This document shows positions 25,298 to 35,570 of a stretch of DNA of 64,000 nucleotides, in pieces. The notes below the pieces were generated by a model. That model worked only from the letters and a program-made list of their open reading frames with translations, was not told the DNA's origin and did no database searches. Numbering within the stretch: the first letter of the stretch is position 1; each line of letters begins with the position of its first letter. A program made the translations under genes and the position numbers. Source of the stretch: Paraspadella gotoi (taxonomy: Eukaryota; Animalia; Chaetognatha); the NCBI GenBank assembly GCA_051294375.1, contig CM119263.1, forward strand, positions 20,798,115 through 20,862,114, given 5' to 3'.

Positions 25298-27181
25298 ATG
25301 CAGACGTTAGTGCTAATCCTCGGGATAGCCACGGTGGCCGCTGGAACCATGCTCGTCGGGGAAAACGGGCATGGAATACTCAAACAAAAGATAGAAGTCT
25401 ACGACTGCAACACCACATCCGACCACACGGCGATCGCATTAGACGAGAGAAAATGCGAACAGGCAAACAAAGTCAAAGAGGAATTACGCACGGCTCACCT
25501 AATATTCCACCCAGATGATCTAGAGCACGATGGGTATGGATGCGATCTGGTCATCGTCGCCACCAGACGCCTTTGCGGAAGGTGGAGCATACAATACCCG
25601 AATATAGATGCAATCGACCACTTCAGCCTGGAAAGACAGGAATGCCTGGACTTACACGCCGGAAAGAGAATCACGCTAAGTAAGATCCCAATTCTCATGA
25701 GCGACAGAGCCGGCGTCCTTCAGCCCATACAGATCGAGGGAAAGGAAGGTACCAACCTGATATCGCACCAAGTGGGAACAACGGACGCGGACGGCAGCTG
25801 CACAGGTGAGTCGCTGAAGTTCCATGGACGGTTGTACACCTCCGAGAACGCCAAGCTGGCATCAAACCTCACCTTGTACAAAAGAAAGGTCAGGGTGGCG
25901 GACAGAGTAAATTCGAAGACGGGATCTTGCGATGTAGCTAAGCAGCAGTGTAGTTATCCAGGAGGGATCATCGTGTGGGATGACGCCCGTTGCCGGGCAG
26001 TGGTCGGCTATACTGGTGGAATGTATCGTTCGCAGGATGGAATCATAAGAGCAGTCTCCGAAGTCGACATTCGAAAGGCCATCAACCGATGCCACGACGC
26101 AAATGGAGCTCCAACACCATGCGGAGATCTGCTGAGGGGAGCAAACCGATTTGGAGGGTGTTGGACGAGTTGCTCGGAAGCTAGGTACCCCGACGCCGCC
26201 CAGGGCCTGGAACGATGCATGGTCATGTGCGGCGGAACCAGCGACGCCGCCTTCACCCTCAGATTGACTGGAAGAAAAACAAGGATCTCCAGCTGCGGGT
26301 TGGTAGTAGACGAAACATCCTCGCCCCATTTCTTTTACGCAGAAGGACGAATCCAGGGCCTAAAGTGGGACACTTCAGTGATGGAGGCGCTCCATGAGAC
26401 GGCGTCAAAATTGGCTCAGGACAATCAAGAGAACATTGATTCTCTCACCAAAGCGGTACGGCATGAGCTCTGCGTGACGCGAGCGCGCGAGGCGAGGACA
26501 GCAGCGATCGAGGCTCACCGTTCGCCAGCAGCCACCACTTTCGTCGATCGCGGCGAAATCGCCGTCCTCCGTGGGGAATTGTTGGTCACCGCGAGGTGCC
26601 GACAAATGCTCGCTCTTCGTCGGGAAACAGAGAAGTGCTTCCAGGATCTGCCCATAACGTTTGGGGGGCGCGAGGCGTATCGCCACGCCATATACCATCA
26701 CGTGATCGATTCATCCTTCGAGACGCCTTGCTCGCCCCCTCCGGTGTATCAGCTAGGAGACAAGTTTGTAGACAATGACGGACATCCGTTCAACAAATAT
26801 CAAACGCTCCGAACCACGCTTCCGGACGCCCAACACCACGTGACCAGCGAGATCTCGATATACGAAGAAGTAGGGAGGTTCATGGACCGTCATGCCAAAT
26901 TCACAGGACAGACCCAGCGATTCAATGAACGCCTAGGCGAGATCACCGCCGGATCGCCGTCATCATTCATCCGGCGGATATTTGGAGATTCGTCGCTGGT
27001 CGAAATATGGAACTGGTTGGTGAACTTGGCTCCTCTCATGGGCATCATCGCCATAGGAGGAGTAGTCGCGTTGTGCGTATGCTGCGGCTGCTGCCAATGC
27101 GCAACTGGCTGCATCAGGCGTCAAGCGGAAGCGGTCGGACGAAATGTCGACGCCTCCACAGGACGGGCCACAGGACGCTAG
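25298..27181 (+). CDS. Viral-type envelope glycoprotein, 627 aa, resembling chuvirus-like class III fusogens
   Basis: The ORF is intact, intronless and GC-richer than its surroundings. It has a signal peptide (MQTLVLILGIATVAAG), Cys-rich ectodomain motifs (EVYDC, C..LCG, DGSCTG, AFTL..CG..ETSSPHFF, HELC, GELLVTARC..RETEKCFQDLPI..TPCS), a C-terminal TM helix and a short Cys-rich tail. Confidence 0.88.
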   Translation: MQTLVLILGIATVAAGTMLVGENGHGILKQKIEVYDCNTTSDHTAIALDERKCEQANKVKEELRTAHLIFHPDDLEHDGYGCDLVIVATRRLCGRWSIQYPNIDAIDHFSLERQECLDLHAGKRITLSKIPILMSDRAGVLQPIQIEGKEGTNLISHQVGTTDADGSCTGESLKFHGRLYTSENAKLASNLTLYKRKVRVADRVNSKTGSCDVAKQQCSYPGGIIVWDDARCRAVVGYTGGMYRSQDGIIRAVSEVDIRKAINRCHDANGAPTPCGDLLRGANRFGGCWTSCSEARYPDAAQGLERCMVMCGGTSDAAFTLRLTGRKTRISSCGLVVDETSSPHFFYAEGRIQGLKWDTSVMEALHETASKLAQDNQENIDSLTKAVRHELCVTRAREARTAAIEAHRSPAATTFVDRGEIAVLRGELLVTARCRQMLALRRETEKCFQDLPITFGGREAYRHAIYHHVIDSSFETPCSPPPVYQLGDKFVDNDGHPFNKYQTLRTTLPDAQHHVTSEISIYEEVGRFMDRHAKFTGQTQRFNERLGEITAGSPSSFIRRIFGDSSLVEIWNWLVNLAPLMGIIAIGGVVALCVCCGCCQCATGCIRRQAEAVGRNVDASTGRATGR

Positions 27182-27219
27182 GAAGACTCGGCGTCAGTCT
27201 AAGACCTGACTCCTCGTCT

Positions 27220-27236
27220 GGGGCGGCGGGGGGGCG
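27220..27236 (+). promoter_or_regulatory. Polypurine-tract-like G-rich plus-strand primer site
   Basis: A G-rich tract (ggggcggcgggggggcg) lies immediately 5' of the 3' LTR. Confidence 0.7.
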
Positions 27237-27596
27237 CGTCAGCGGATACGGGATCCGCCTCCCCCCATTATGATCATCTCGAACACTCTCTCTCCTTCCC
27301 TGTCCCACTCTCTCCCTCCTTCGCTTATTCGATCGTGGGCATTTGCATCATAGCGAATCACAGGGCAGGGAGTGGGACTAGGGCAAAGGGAATTGTTTCA
27401 TGGGCCAAGGGAGTAGGAAGGAGGACTTTGGTTTCAGAAGCGAAGCTGCCCTCGGCCCGAATGGTTGTAATATAATCTCTAGCTTAGATATTCACATTGT
27501 GCGCTAAACTGTAAATAAATAAATAAACTTTTGCTTTTCTCTAATTTTCGTACGTGATTATTTAATACATCAAAGAAACAGTGCATTACGGCAAAG
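27237..27596 (+). repeat. 3' LTR (360 bp)
   Basis: It is colinear with 24405-24768, with roughly 6-7 substitutions and a few small indels counted by eye. Confidence 0.93.
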
Positions 27597-28024
27597 ATAT
27601 ATACAAAAGGGGCAAAAAACATTGTTCCATCGCTCAATCTTTTCATCACTCCATCCTAATAAACATAGTACTTACCATAAAAAATGTAAAAAATTTTAAA
27701 ATAGTTTTTTTTTAGTTTTGAATTCTTCAATATAAAAGTTGATAAAAGAAAATATAAGTAGTGGAGGACGGAATTTTTAGTGAGAAAGAATTCTTTCATT
27801 AAGTTAAATTAATTAAATTATAGGTTAACTATAACAGTTTTTTAGGATTTTGACCCACTTACTAAAATAATTTTCTAAAAAGAGTTATATTTCTTTTTAT
27901 CAACTTTTCGTGATGAATTTGAATCTGCTTTCAAAAATAAGAAAATCTATTTTAAATTTTAACATTTTCTGTGGTAAGTACTATGCAATAAATATGGGCG
28001 TATGCAAAAATTGAGAAATTAACA

Positions 28025-28945
28025 TTTTTAGTCGGATCTGCTTATCAGCAGATCCCGACTCTATAATTCACTTTGTCGGTCCGTCGGTCCGCCCCCTCAA
28101 TATTGTCGGGCACATACTTATATCATGTCAGAACATCGAATTATGATTAATTATGCAAAAAAAAAACGATGTCCGTCCGTCCGTCCGTCCATCCGTCCGT
28201 CCGTCCGTCCATCCGTCCGTCCGTCATCCGTCGCGTCGTCGTCCGTCCGTCCCACCTTGGGTAGGGAAGTGTGTGGTTGAGATGGATATGAAGTTTTGAG
28301 GGAATCGTGCGAGTGGAAATTGGTTTTAAATGGAAAACAAAAAATATATTATCACTATTTGAACGCCATATGCTCATGAGTGGATAGGGCAATTGACTTG
28401 AAATTTTGTATGATGGTAGGAAAGTGTGTGATTGAGCTGGATATAAAGTTTCGATGGAATCGTGCGAGTGGAAATGAGTTAAAATGGAAAAAACAAAAGT
28501 CATATTTACTTGAAGTATTTTTACTTAAATTTACTCAATAATTATTATGTTTATTAAAAATTGGATAGATAAATCAGAATTGAATTTTGTGTGTGGGTAG
28601 CAAAGTATGTGATAAAGCTGGATATAAATTTTTTGATGGAATCGTAGAGTGGAAAAGAGTTCAAATTAGAAAACCAAAAGACACATTTATTTGAATTTTT
28701 TAAAGTTTTTCTCTCTCTATCTCTCTCTGATTGATTGATTGATTGATTGATTGACCAAATTATGCCAATTGACAAAAATATGCCAGTTGACCAAATTCTT
28801 AAAGTTGACCAAATTATGCCAGTTGTCCAAATTCTGCAAGTTGATCAGTTCTGCAAGTTGACCAAATTATGCCTGTTGACCAAATTATGCCAGTTGACCA
28901 AATTAGGCCAGTTGATAAAATTATGCCAGTTGAACCAAATTATCC
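28025..28945 (+). mobile_element. Helentron-associated (HINE/DINE-1-like) element
   Basis: A T-run precedes the hairpin gtcggatctgct...agcagatcccgac, then a (GTCC)n microsatellite and 18-bp repeats. The head is nearly identical to that at 39052. Confidence 0.6.
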
Positions 28946-29934
28946 ATCTCTAACGTCAACGTCTTAGTCACGTGACACTGACGTGTCTCAGCTCCATCGT
29001 CACGCTGTGGCGCAACTCCTGTAGCTTGCCACATATTTGATGGCCGATTGGACGTCAAGTTTGTCCATTAGTATACATTACATATTGTATATATGTTGTG
29101 ACATGAAATTTTTTCAGATGATAAGGGGTCTTCGTTTATATCATTTATCGATTTCCCTTTTAACAAAAAAAAGTTGAAATAGAAAAAGTCGACAATGAGA
29201 GAAGACAGAGATGGATGAAGAGCGACAGCAAGAGAGAGAGAGAGAGCTTTAATTTCCCGCAAGGCACTCGACGTGGTTGTCAACCTTCGTTTTTCCTTTG
29301 AAGAAAAATCCTTTTTTAGTCAAAATAGAAAAAAATGAAAGATTTTTTTTTTCAATGGAGGAGAGACTCTAGTTGAAGGAAGGAAAAAAGGTAAAGGAAA
29401 GGAAGGAAGGTTATAAACAGAAATAAAAGGATGAGGAGTCGATCAAAAAAGGAAAATGAAAGTGAAAGCGCCCGTAGAGACTGCCGTGTATTTCCGTTTG
29501 ATCACGTGACATTCAACCTCCGCTGAATCGGGATTTCGTCTTTTATTCTTTATACGATTTCTTTACAATCCGACTCTTTTAGACAATGAAATCTGAACAT
29601 AATTTACGATCATCTCTGATGATCTCATTGACTAGTATGAATCTTTATTCATTTAAAAAAACGTTAGGCTATCTTCCTCTTTTGACATAGTTAGGACTAA
29701 GCTCTGACGAACAAAGCCCGAGGTTTTTTAATATATTCTTATACCGGCCAAGGTAGAATGATGGCAATATTGTTTATATTAAGTTTCAAAAAAATCGACT
29801 ATAAATATAGAAAATATTAACCAAAATCTTCGGAAAATTCACCCCTTCTTTGGAAGATTTTCGCCATAGAAGATTTTTCCCGAATCTGACTCCCGGTTGA
29901 AAACTCTTAGAATTCCGATCGTTAGCTCCTCCTT

Positions 29935-30400
29935 TACTTTTACTTTAAATAAAAATTTCACCAAAATGGACTAATTCACTTTACCATGATCGTATCATAT
30001 CAAAATAACCTAATAAAATGTAAAGAAAAATTTTGAGAGCCCTTCAGACACTTTGCCAAAGGATTCCAAAATTGGACCTCATTTGTTGAACAGGAACATA
30101 CCTCAGTCACGTTTATATCGTTTTCAAGAAAAAAATCCCTTTCATTTCTATATAAAATCAAAGATGGAAAATTTTTCCGTCCAGAAGCAGTCTATTTGTT
30201 CTGGCTTATTTGATATCAAGATGTTGATGATTTGACAAGAGAAAAAAAATGCGAGCCCTTCAGATGCAACAGGATCGGAATCAAGTGTTTTTTACATCAA
30301 TATTTTACCGGAATTTTTACTAGGAGCATTTATATTTTTTGGTAGTCAGATTTGAACGAAAATCTCCATTGAAAAAGTCTTCCTCGGTCTCTAAGAACGA
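29935..30400. repeat. Interspersed repeat; inverted copy at ~61787-62250
   Basis: The two regions are reverse-complement colinear (for example cagacactttgccaaaggattccaaaatt). Confidence 0.75.
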
Positions 30401-30984
30401 CGTAGACTCCTAACATAGGTAAAATTCTTTGAGTTAAAAATACGGTAAGACATGATTTCTTCGATGCTTATCAATCTAATCGCATTAACAGCCTTAGTTT
30501 TAAAAAAAAGTATGTATTAATTTTTACGGTACAGAAAACTTTTAAAGATTGAATTCCCTATAATAATAATTATAATAAAGCAAACTATTTCCTATTTTTT
30601 TCCTCTCATATCCTCTCTGTTATTCTTTATCGTTACCTTTCTTCTTCACAGCTTTTCATTTTTTCTAACCCTCTTTCCTCCCTTTCATCTCACGTCTTCA
30701 CTTTCAATTTTTTTACCCCCTACCTTTCCCTGCTTCTCTTCCACATTCCTTATCTTTGTTTTCTCTTATTCTCTCCTTCCCTTTCTTACCCCTTCTTTTT
30801 CTTTCAATTTCCCCCCCTTTCCCGCCTTACATTTATCTCCCTACTTTTATCCCCTTTGCCTTCTCTTTTTCCTTTTTTCACCTCATTTTCTTTCATCTTC
30901 CCCTTCTCATCTTCTTGTTCTCCCTTTCCTCTTTCCTCTCACTTATTTTCTTTATTATTATTGAACCAAATCGATGAAAATCCT

Positions 30985-31610
30985 TAGATTCATTATAAGA
31001 AAGAAAATGAACTGTAGCGCATGATTTTTCTTTCAATTTTGGTTGCCTAGCAAATTTAGTTAATCGACAGATTTTGCGGAAAACTTTTCCGCAAAATCTG
31101 TCGATTCTGAGAAAAAACCAAGTCCTGACGCTTTCCATTGGGTTAAAAGGATGCGGTTTTTTTTCATTAATCAACGTCAGTATGTACCTCATTTTTTAAA
31201 ACTAATAAATGAGTTGAAAGGATTCTCTTTATCAAAAATAAATGCACGTCACAAAAAGTCATAAATTAAAAGACATCTTTAAAAATTATTTGTGGCTAAA
31301 CCAAAAAAGTTTTTTTGTTAATTTTATAGATGTTAAAAGCTTATTCAATAACCTATATTTTCTATTAATTTAAATAAATTTAGACAATTTTCGTTTAACA
31401 AATTATAATAAAAACTGAAAATGACACTTTTTGACTTGTAAACTTTAAAATTAATTCATAGGCAAACTATAAATGATTTAAGGAAATAAATTTACCCAGA
31501 GGTGAAGAAGATAAGGAAGAACGGATTTCCAAAGTAAAGTTTTTTTCTCAACTTTCCTTGGCACTCTAATCAGAAGACGAAAGTGAAAATGGACAAAAAT
31601 GGACATGATG
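30985..31610. repeat. Older interspersed repeat; diverged inverted copy at ~54970-55560
   Basis: Anchors ggttgcctagca, ttttccgcaaaa, ataggcaaac and aaaatggacaaaaatggacat are shared in reverse orientation. Confidence 0.6.
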
Positions 31611-32134
31611 TTTTCTCCTCAATGTTGCAAAAATTGTACTTTTGAAACGGGTGGATATGATTTCAACCAATCCCTAGTTTAGCCCAATTTGTATTGTGAT
31701 AGAAATCAAATTAATATTGTAAGTAAAAACTGAACAAGATTGGAAAGAGTTGCTTTTTTGCTAAATGCGACGTTTGTAGGCGGAACCTCTAGTAGTTGAT
31801 TAGATTCAAGCTTCTCAGCAAAATTGTCAAAAGGGCAACGAAGTAAACGAGATATAAGCATTTTAAACGTAAGTGGGACAGAGCGACGGACGGACGGACA
31901 TACCAATCAATCGCACTCGTCTCTCAGTCAGTGACGCGCCAATGACCCGTCACCATCGTCCATGCCCTTCATTTGCATAAACCAAGGGGGGCCAGCTCAC
32001 TTTGAGCTCTTTCTTACTCCTTGAATTTCACTTTAAAGTCACCGAAAAATTATCAGTTTCACATTTCAATTTCAAATTTTCACTTCACTATCCTTTAGCT
32101 AATTATTTATTCATTAGATAATTGTTAAAATTTT

Positions 32135-32238
32135 ATCAACTTTAGTTTTTCAAAGCATTATATCTTTGTTGTACATTGCATATTGTTAATATGCATTGTA
32201 CAACAAAGATATAATGCTTTGAAAAACTAAAGTTGATG
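32135..32238. repeat. Near-perfect ~104-bp palindrome, probably the inversion junction of a fold-back element
   Basis: The left arm atcaac..gcattatatctttgttgtacattgcatatt mirrors the right arm aatatgcattgtacaacaaagatataatgc..gttgat. Confidence 0.85.
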
Positions 32239-32275
32239 CAATGCACAATGTATCTTTATTATTATTTATCCCTGT

Positions 32276-32316
<41 letters not shown>

Positions 32317-32648
32317 TTCTCTCTCTCTCACACCCTTCCTATGAGATATGTCATCTCCCAAATCCTCCGCCCCGCAGGGTGGCTCTAGGGGCGGTCCCAG
32401 GGGGCAGACTATTCCAGGGGGAGCAGCAAAATGGTCATTGAGGGGGCGCCCCTAATAGACCCCTGGGGCCAAAAAGAGCCTGCCCCTGGGGGAAACCCCT
32501 TGGGGAGCAAAAAAGTGCTCCCCCAGGGGCGAGTTAAAGAGAGAGCAAAGTTTAGATAAGAAAATATACTTTCTGACAATGTTATCGTATCTGAGAATAT
32601 CTCTCCCTGTCTGTTACTCTCTCTTTCTCTCTTTCTCTTTCTCTCTTA

Positions 32649-32728
<80 letters not shown>

Positions 32729-33737
32729 TTTTTTCTCTTTTTCTTTTTCTCTCTTTTTTTTCTCTTTCTTTTTCTCTCTCTATCTCTTTCTCTCTCTCTA
32801 TCTTACAAGACTTGTTTTATATAACTGAAAAAATGTACATTTTTTTCAAATTATTGTTAACTCGTTTATTCCATATTTTATCTAAAAATTATAATATTTG
32901 TATTTTTGAACTTAATTATTTTATTTCAATTAAAAGATATAGAAACAAGTTTGATCAAACAATGTATGACGTGGCCACAATAATTTAGTGGTAAAAAGCT
33001 AATCAGTCATCTGTCTTTTTTTTTTCCTTTTTTTTTTTTGATGGACATACTGATGGACTGATAGAGAGAGACATAATTTTTTAAAAAAATATTCATAATT
33101 TGATGTTCAAAAAAGAATTAAATAAATCATAAATAAACAAATAATGGGCGGTAATTGACAGACCTACTTTGTGAATTATGGAGTCCCAAAAAAAACCAAA
33201 AAAACTATTTATCAAGATTTTTAATTTGTGATCAACATTAAATGAGTTCCACATCATGAAATAAATTTTTTTCATTGTAATTAATAATTATCAGATTGTA
33301 GATTGCCTCAGATGAACTCACGTTGTTGAGGAAAGGCTGATGGTTTGAGAGAGAGAGTGAGCAAAACTTTATATCTAGCTCAATCATACACTTTTCTACT
33401 CACACACAAGATTTCATTCCAATCCATATATCTAATCACGAATAATTTGAGTTTAATTCTACCCACACACAAAATTTTATCTTAATTCATCTATGAAATT
33501 TTAAATAGTAGAATAAAGAGTAAGATGGTTTTAATTTTTTAATTCACTTATAAAAATAATTAATTAATTAATTAATTATTAATATCAGTCTTTAAGTCCG
33601 TCCCACATTAGCAAAAGTGTGCAAGTGAAAGTGAAAGTCATATTTACTTGAATGTTATTAAAAATTTTTTCTCACTCTTTCTCTCTTTCTATTTCTCACA
33701 GATGAAATTAATAATTAGCTAATTGTTAAGTTTATTG

Positions 33738-34097
33738 TTAACCAAATTATGCAAGTTGACCAAATTATCCAAGTTGTCCAAATTATGCAAGTTGACCAAA
33801 TTATGTAAGTTGACCAAATTATGCAAGTTGACTAAATTATGCAAGTTGACCAAATTATAACAGTTGACCAAATTATAAAAGTTTACCAAATTATAAAAGT
33901 TTACCATATTATGAAAGTTTACTAAATTATAAAGGTTAACCAAATTATGTAAGTTGACTAAATTATTCAAAAAATGACCAAATTATGCCAGTTGACCAAA
34001 TTGTTATAGTTGACCAAATTATGAAAGTTTACCAAATTCTAAAAGTTGACCAAATTATATCAGTTGACCAAATTATGTCAATTGACCAAATTATGCA
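33738..34097. repeat. 18-bp minisatellite (gaccaaattatgcaagtt)
   Basis: About 20 tandem units. The same family occurs at 19665-19850 and 28752-28940. Confidence 0.9.
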
Positions 34098-34314
34098 TAT
34101 TGGTGTGGGCGCAGCTATTGGTTCATTGATTGATTAATGGAAGTGAAAAATATTATTTTTAATTGTATATTTTATTTTATTAAAAGATGAAAAAAGAAAA
34201 GAGATAGAGAAAGAGAGAGAGAGAGGGAGAGAGAGAGAGAGAAGAGAGGGAGAGAGAAATAGGAGGGAGAGCCATTCCAGGGGGCAGGCAAATTCATGCC
34301 CTTGGGGGCCACCC

Positions 34315-34669
34315 CACTGAGAAAGCTTGTATAGAGAGACCTCCAGGTTAAACTCCCGCTCTTCTCCGGACCCACCAATCGCCTACACTGAGAAAGCTTG
34401 TATAGAGAGACCTCCAGGTTAAACTCCCGCTCTTCTCCGGACCCACCAATCGCCTACACTGAGAAAGCTTGTATAGAGAGACCTCCAGGTTAAACTCCCG
34501 CTCTTCTCCGGACCCACCAATCGCCTACACTGAGAAAGCTTGTATAGAGAGACCTCCAGGTTAAACTCCCGCTCTTCTCCGGACCCACCAATCGCCTACA
34601 CTGAGAAAGCTTGTATAGAGAGACCTCCAGGTTAAACTCCCGCTCTTCTCGGGACCCACCAATCGCCTA
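34315..34669. repeat. Five near-identical 71-bp tandem units
   Basis: Units start at 34315, 34386, 34457, 34528 and 34599. There is one substitution, in the last unit. Confidence 0.95.
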
Positions 34670-34917
34670 TAGGGGAAAGGGGAAAGGTTTTTCTAGCCCC
34701 TGGGGGATTCCCCTGGAGTGGCCCCTTGGGGCCCAAAAAAAGAGGCTACAGGGGGCCGCCCCCAGGCAGTAAGGATTTGCTTGCCCCCCGGGGCCGCCCC
34801 GAGGGGCCACCCCGCGGGGCCGCCCCTAGCAGCGCCCCCGGGGGAGGCGATTCTGAAGGATGACATACTTGCTTCCTATGCACAAACTTCAACTCTATTT
34901 TCACAAACTGTTAAACG

Positions 34918-34952
34918 CTGATGAAAGCTTGAAAAACAAGCCAAAACATGTC
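34918..34952 (+). ncRNA. Degenerate hammerhead motif of a Penelope-like element
   Basis: The sequence reads CTGATGA-AAGCTTG-aaaaa-CAAGCC-AAAA-CATG-TC, with GAAA mutated to AAAA. The family motif aaaattcgttg follows. Confidence 0.45.
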
Positions 34953-35103
34953 TGTTTTTATATAAATAAAATTCGTTGCAAACTAAAACTTTTTCAATCT
35001 CTAAAGATTAATTCACGTGATGTTAAAGATAGTTTCTGATAAAAACGTTGTAAACGAACTTGCTTGGTTAATTTATAAAACCTTAATAAAATAACCAAAG
35101 CAT

Positions 35104-35329
35104 GAAGAGACAGTAATTATTTATAAGCGTTAATGACAGAACCGTTCAATATAAGCAGTCCCTGAGCTTTGGATCAGGCTGTAACACCATATTACAGGCG
35201 GTTTAAGCGCCCCGTCCCTCTTAACTGCTAGGCGGCCACCGGGCTAGAACCCCGGACCTTTGGGTTGGGACGCGAATGACTTGCCTTTGGCACAAATGGC
35301 CGCTAATGAACGGTTGGTGAATTTTAGTC
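35104..35329 (-). mobile_element. tRNA-derived SINE (family S1)
   Basis: The minus strand has a tRNA-like head (gcggcca...ggttctagcccggtggccgc), a structured body and the tail taattactgtctcttc. Further copies lie at 35571-35776, 37059-37153 and 54763-54910. Confidence 0.75.
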
Positions 35330-35570
35330 TAACATATATAATTTTTATATTGGTTGTACCAATTTCATATATTGGTTCTACCAATTTCATACATCTCCCC
35401 CCCCATAGGGAGAAGTCTGTTGTGTCTCTTCAGTGAATTGTTGTTGTTGGTGGAAAGTTCGTCACCAAGTTGAGGCATGTCGCCTGATGGCGGAAAGTGC
35501 ATCGCCAGGTTGAAGCATGTCGCCTGAAAGTGTTGTTGTTGCTGTTGTGTTTGGAAGTCGGACTCACCAT

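Larger units (their letters stand above)
24405..27596 (+). mobile_element. Env-only non-autonomous LTR retroelement (LTR-PBS-leader-glycoprotein-PPT-LTR)
   Basis: It has two ~360-bp direct repeats and an ATAT TSD at 24401-24404 and 27597-27600. A tRNA-Leu PBS abuts the 5' LTR and a G-rich tract abuts the 3' LTR. There is one long internal ORF and no room for gag-pol. Confidence 0.93.
23102..27658. mobile_element. Non-autonomous hAT transposon, copy 2, carrying three nested insertions
   Basis: It has the same TIRs as copy 1 (TAGAGTGGAG ... CTCCATCCTA) and a 7/8 TSD match (ATATACAT/ATAAACAT). Both ends are colinear with 21158-22481 once the inserts are removed. Confidence 0.75.
32343..34871. 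mobile_element. Non-autonomous TIR transposon (P- or hAT-like) with GC-rich subterminal inverted arms
   Basis: The termini are GAGATATGTCATC ... GATGACATACTTG, flanked by the direct repeat CTTCCTAT(G) at 32335 and 34872. The subterminal motif ctaggggcgg is mirrored by ccgcccctag. Confidence 0.7.

Noticed and set aside
25495-27308. Short ORFs overlapping or antisense to env as gag or accessory genes
   Set aside because: They show no capsid, zinc-knuckle, protease, RT or integrase motifs and are expected by-products of a GC-rich ORF.
34315-34669. CRISPR-like array
   Set aside because: The units are identical end to end with no unique spacers, there are no cas genes, and the context is eukaryotic.
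35235-35303. Functional tRNA gene
   Set aside because: The D and T arms are degenerate and the sequence is attached to a repeated body and tail, so it is a SINE head.
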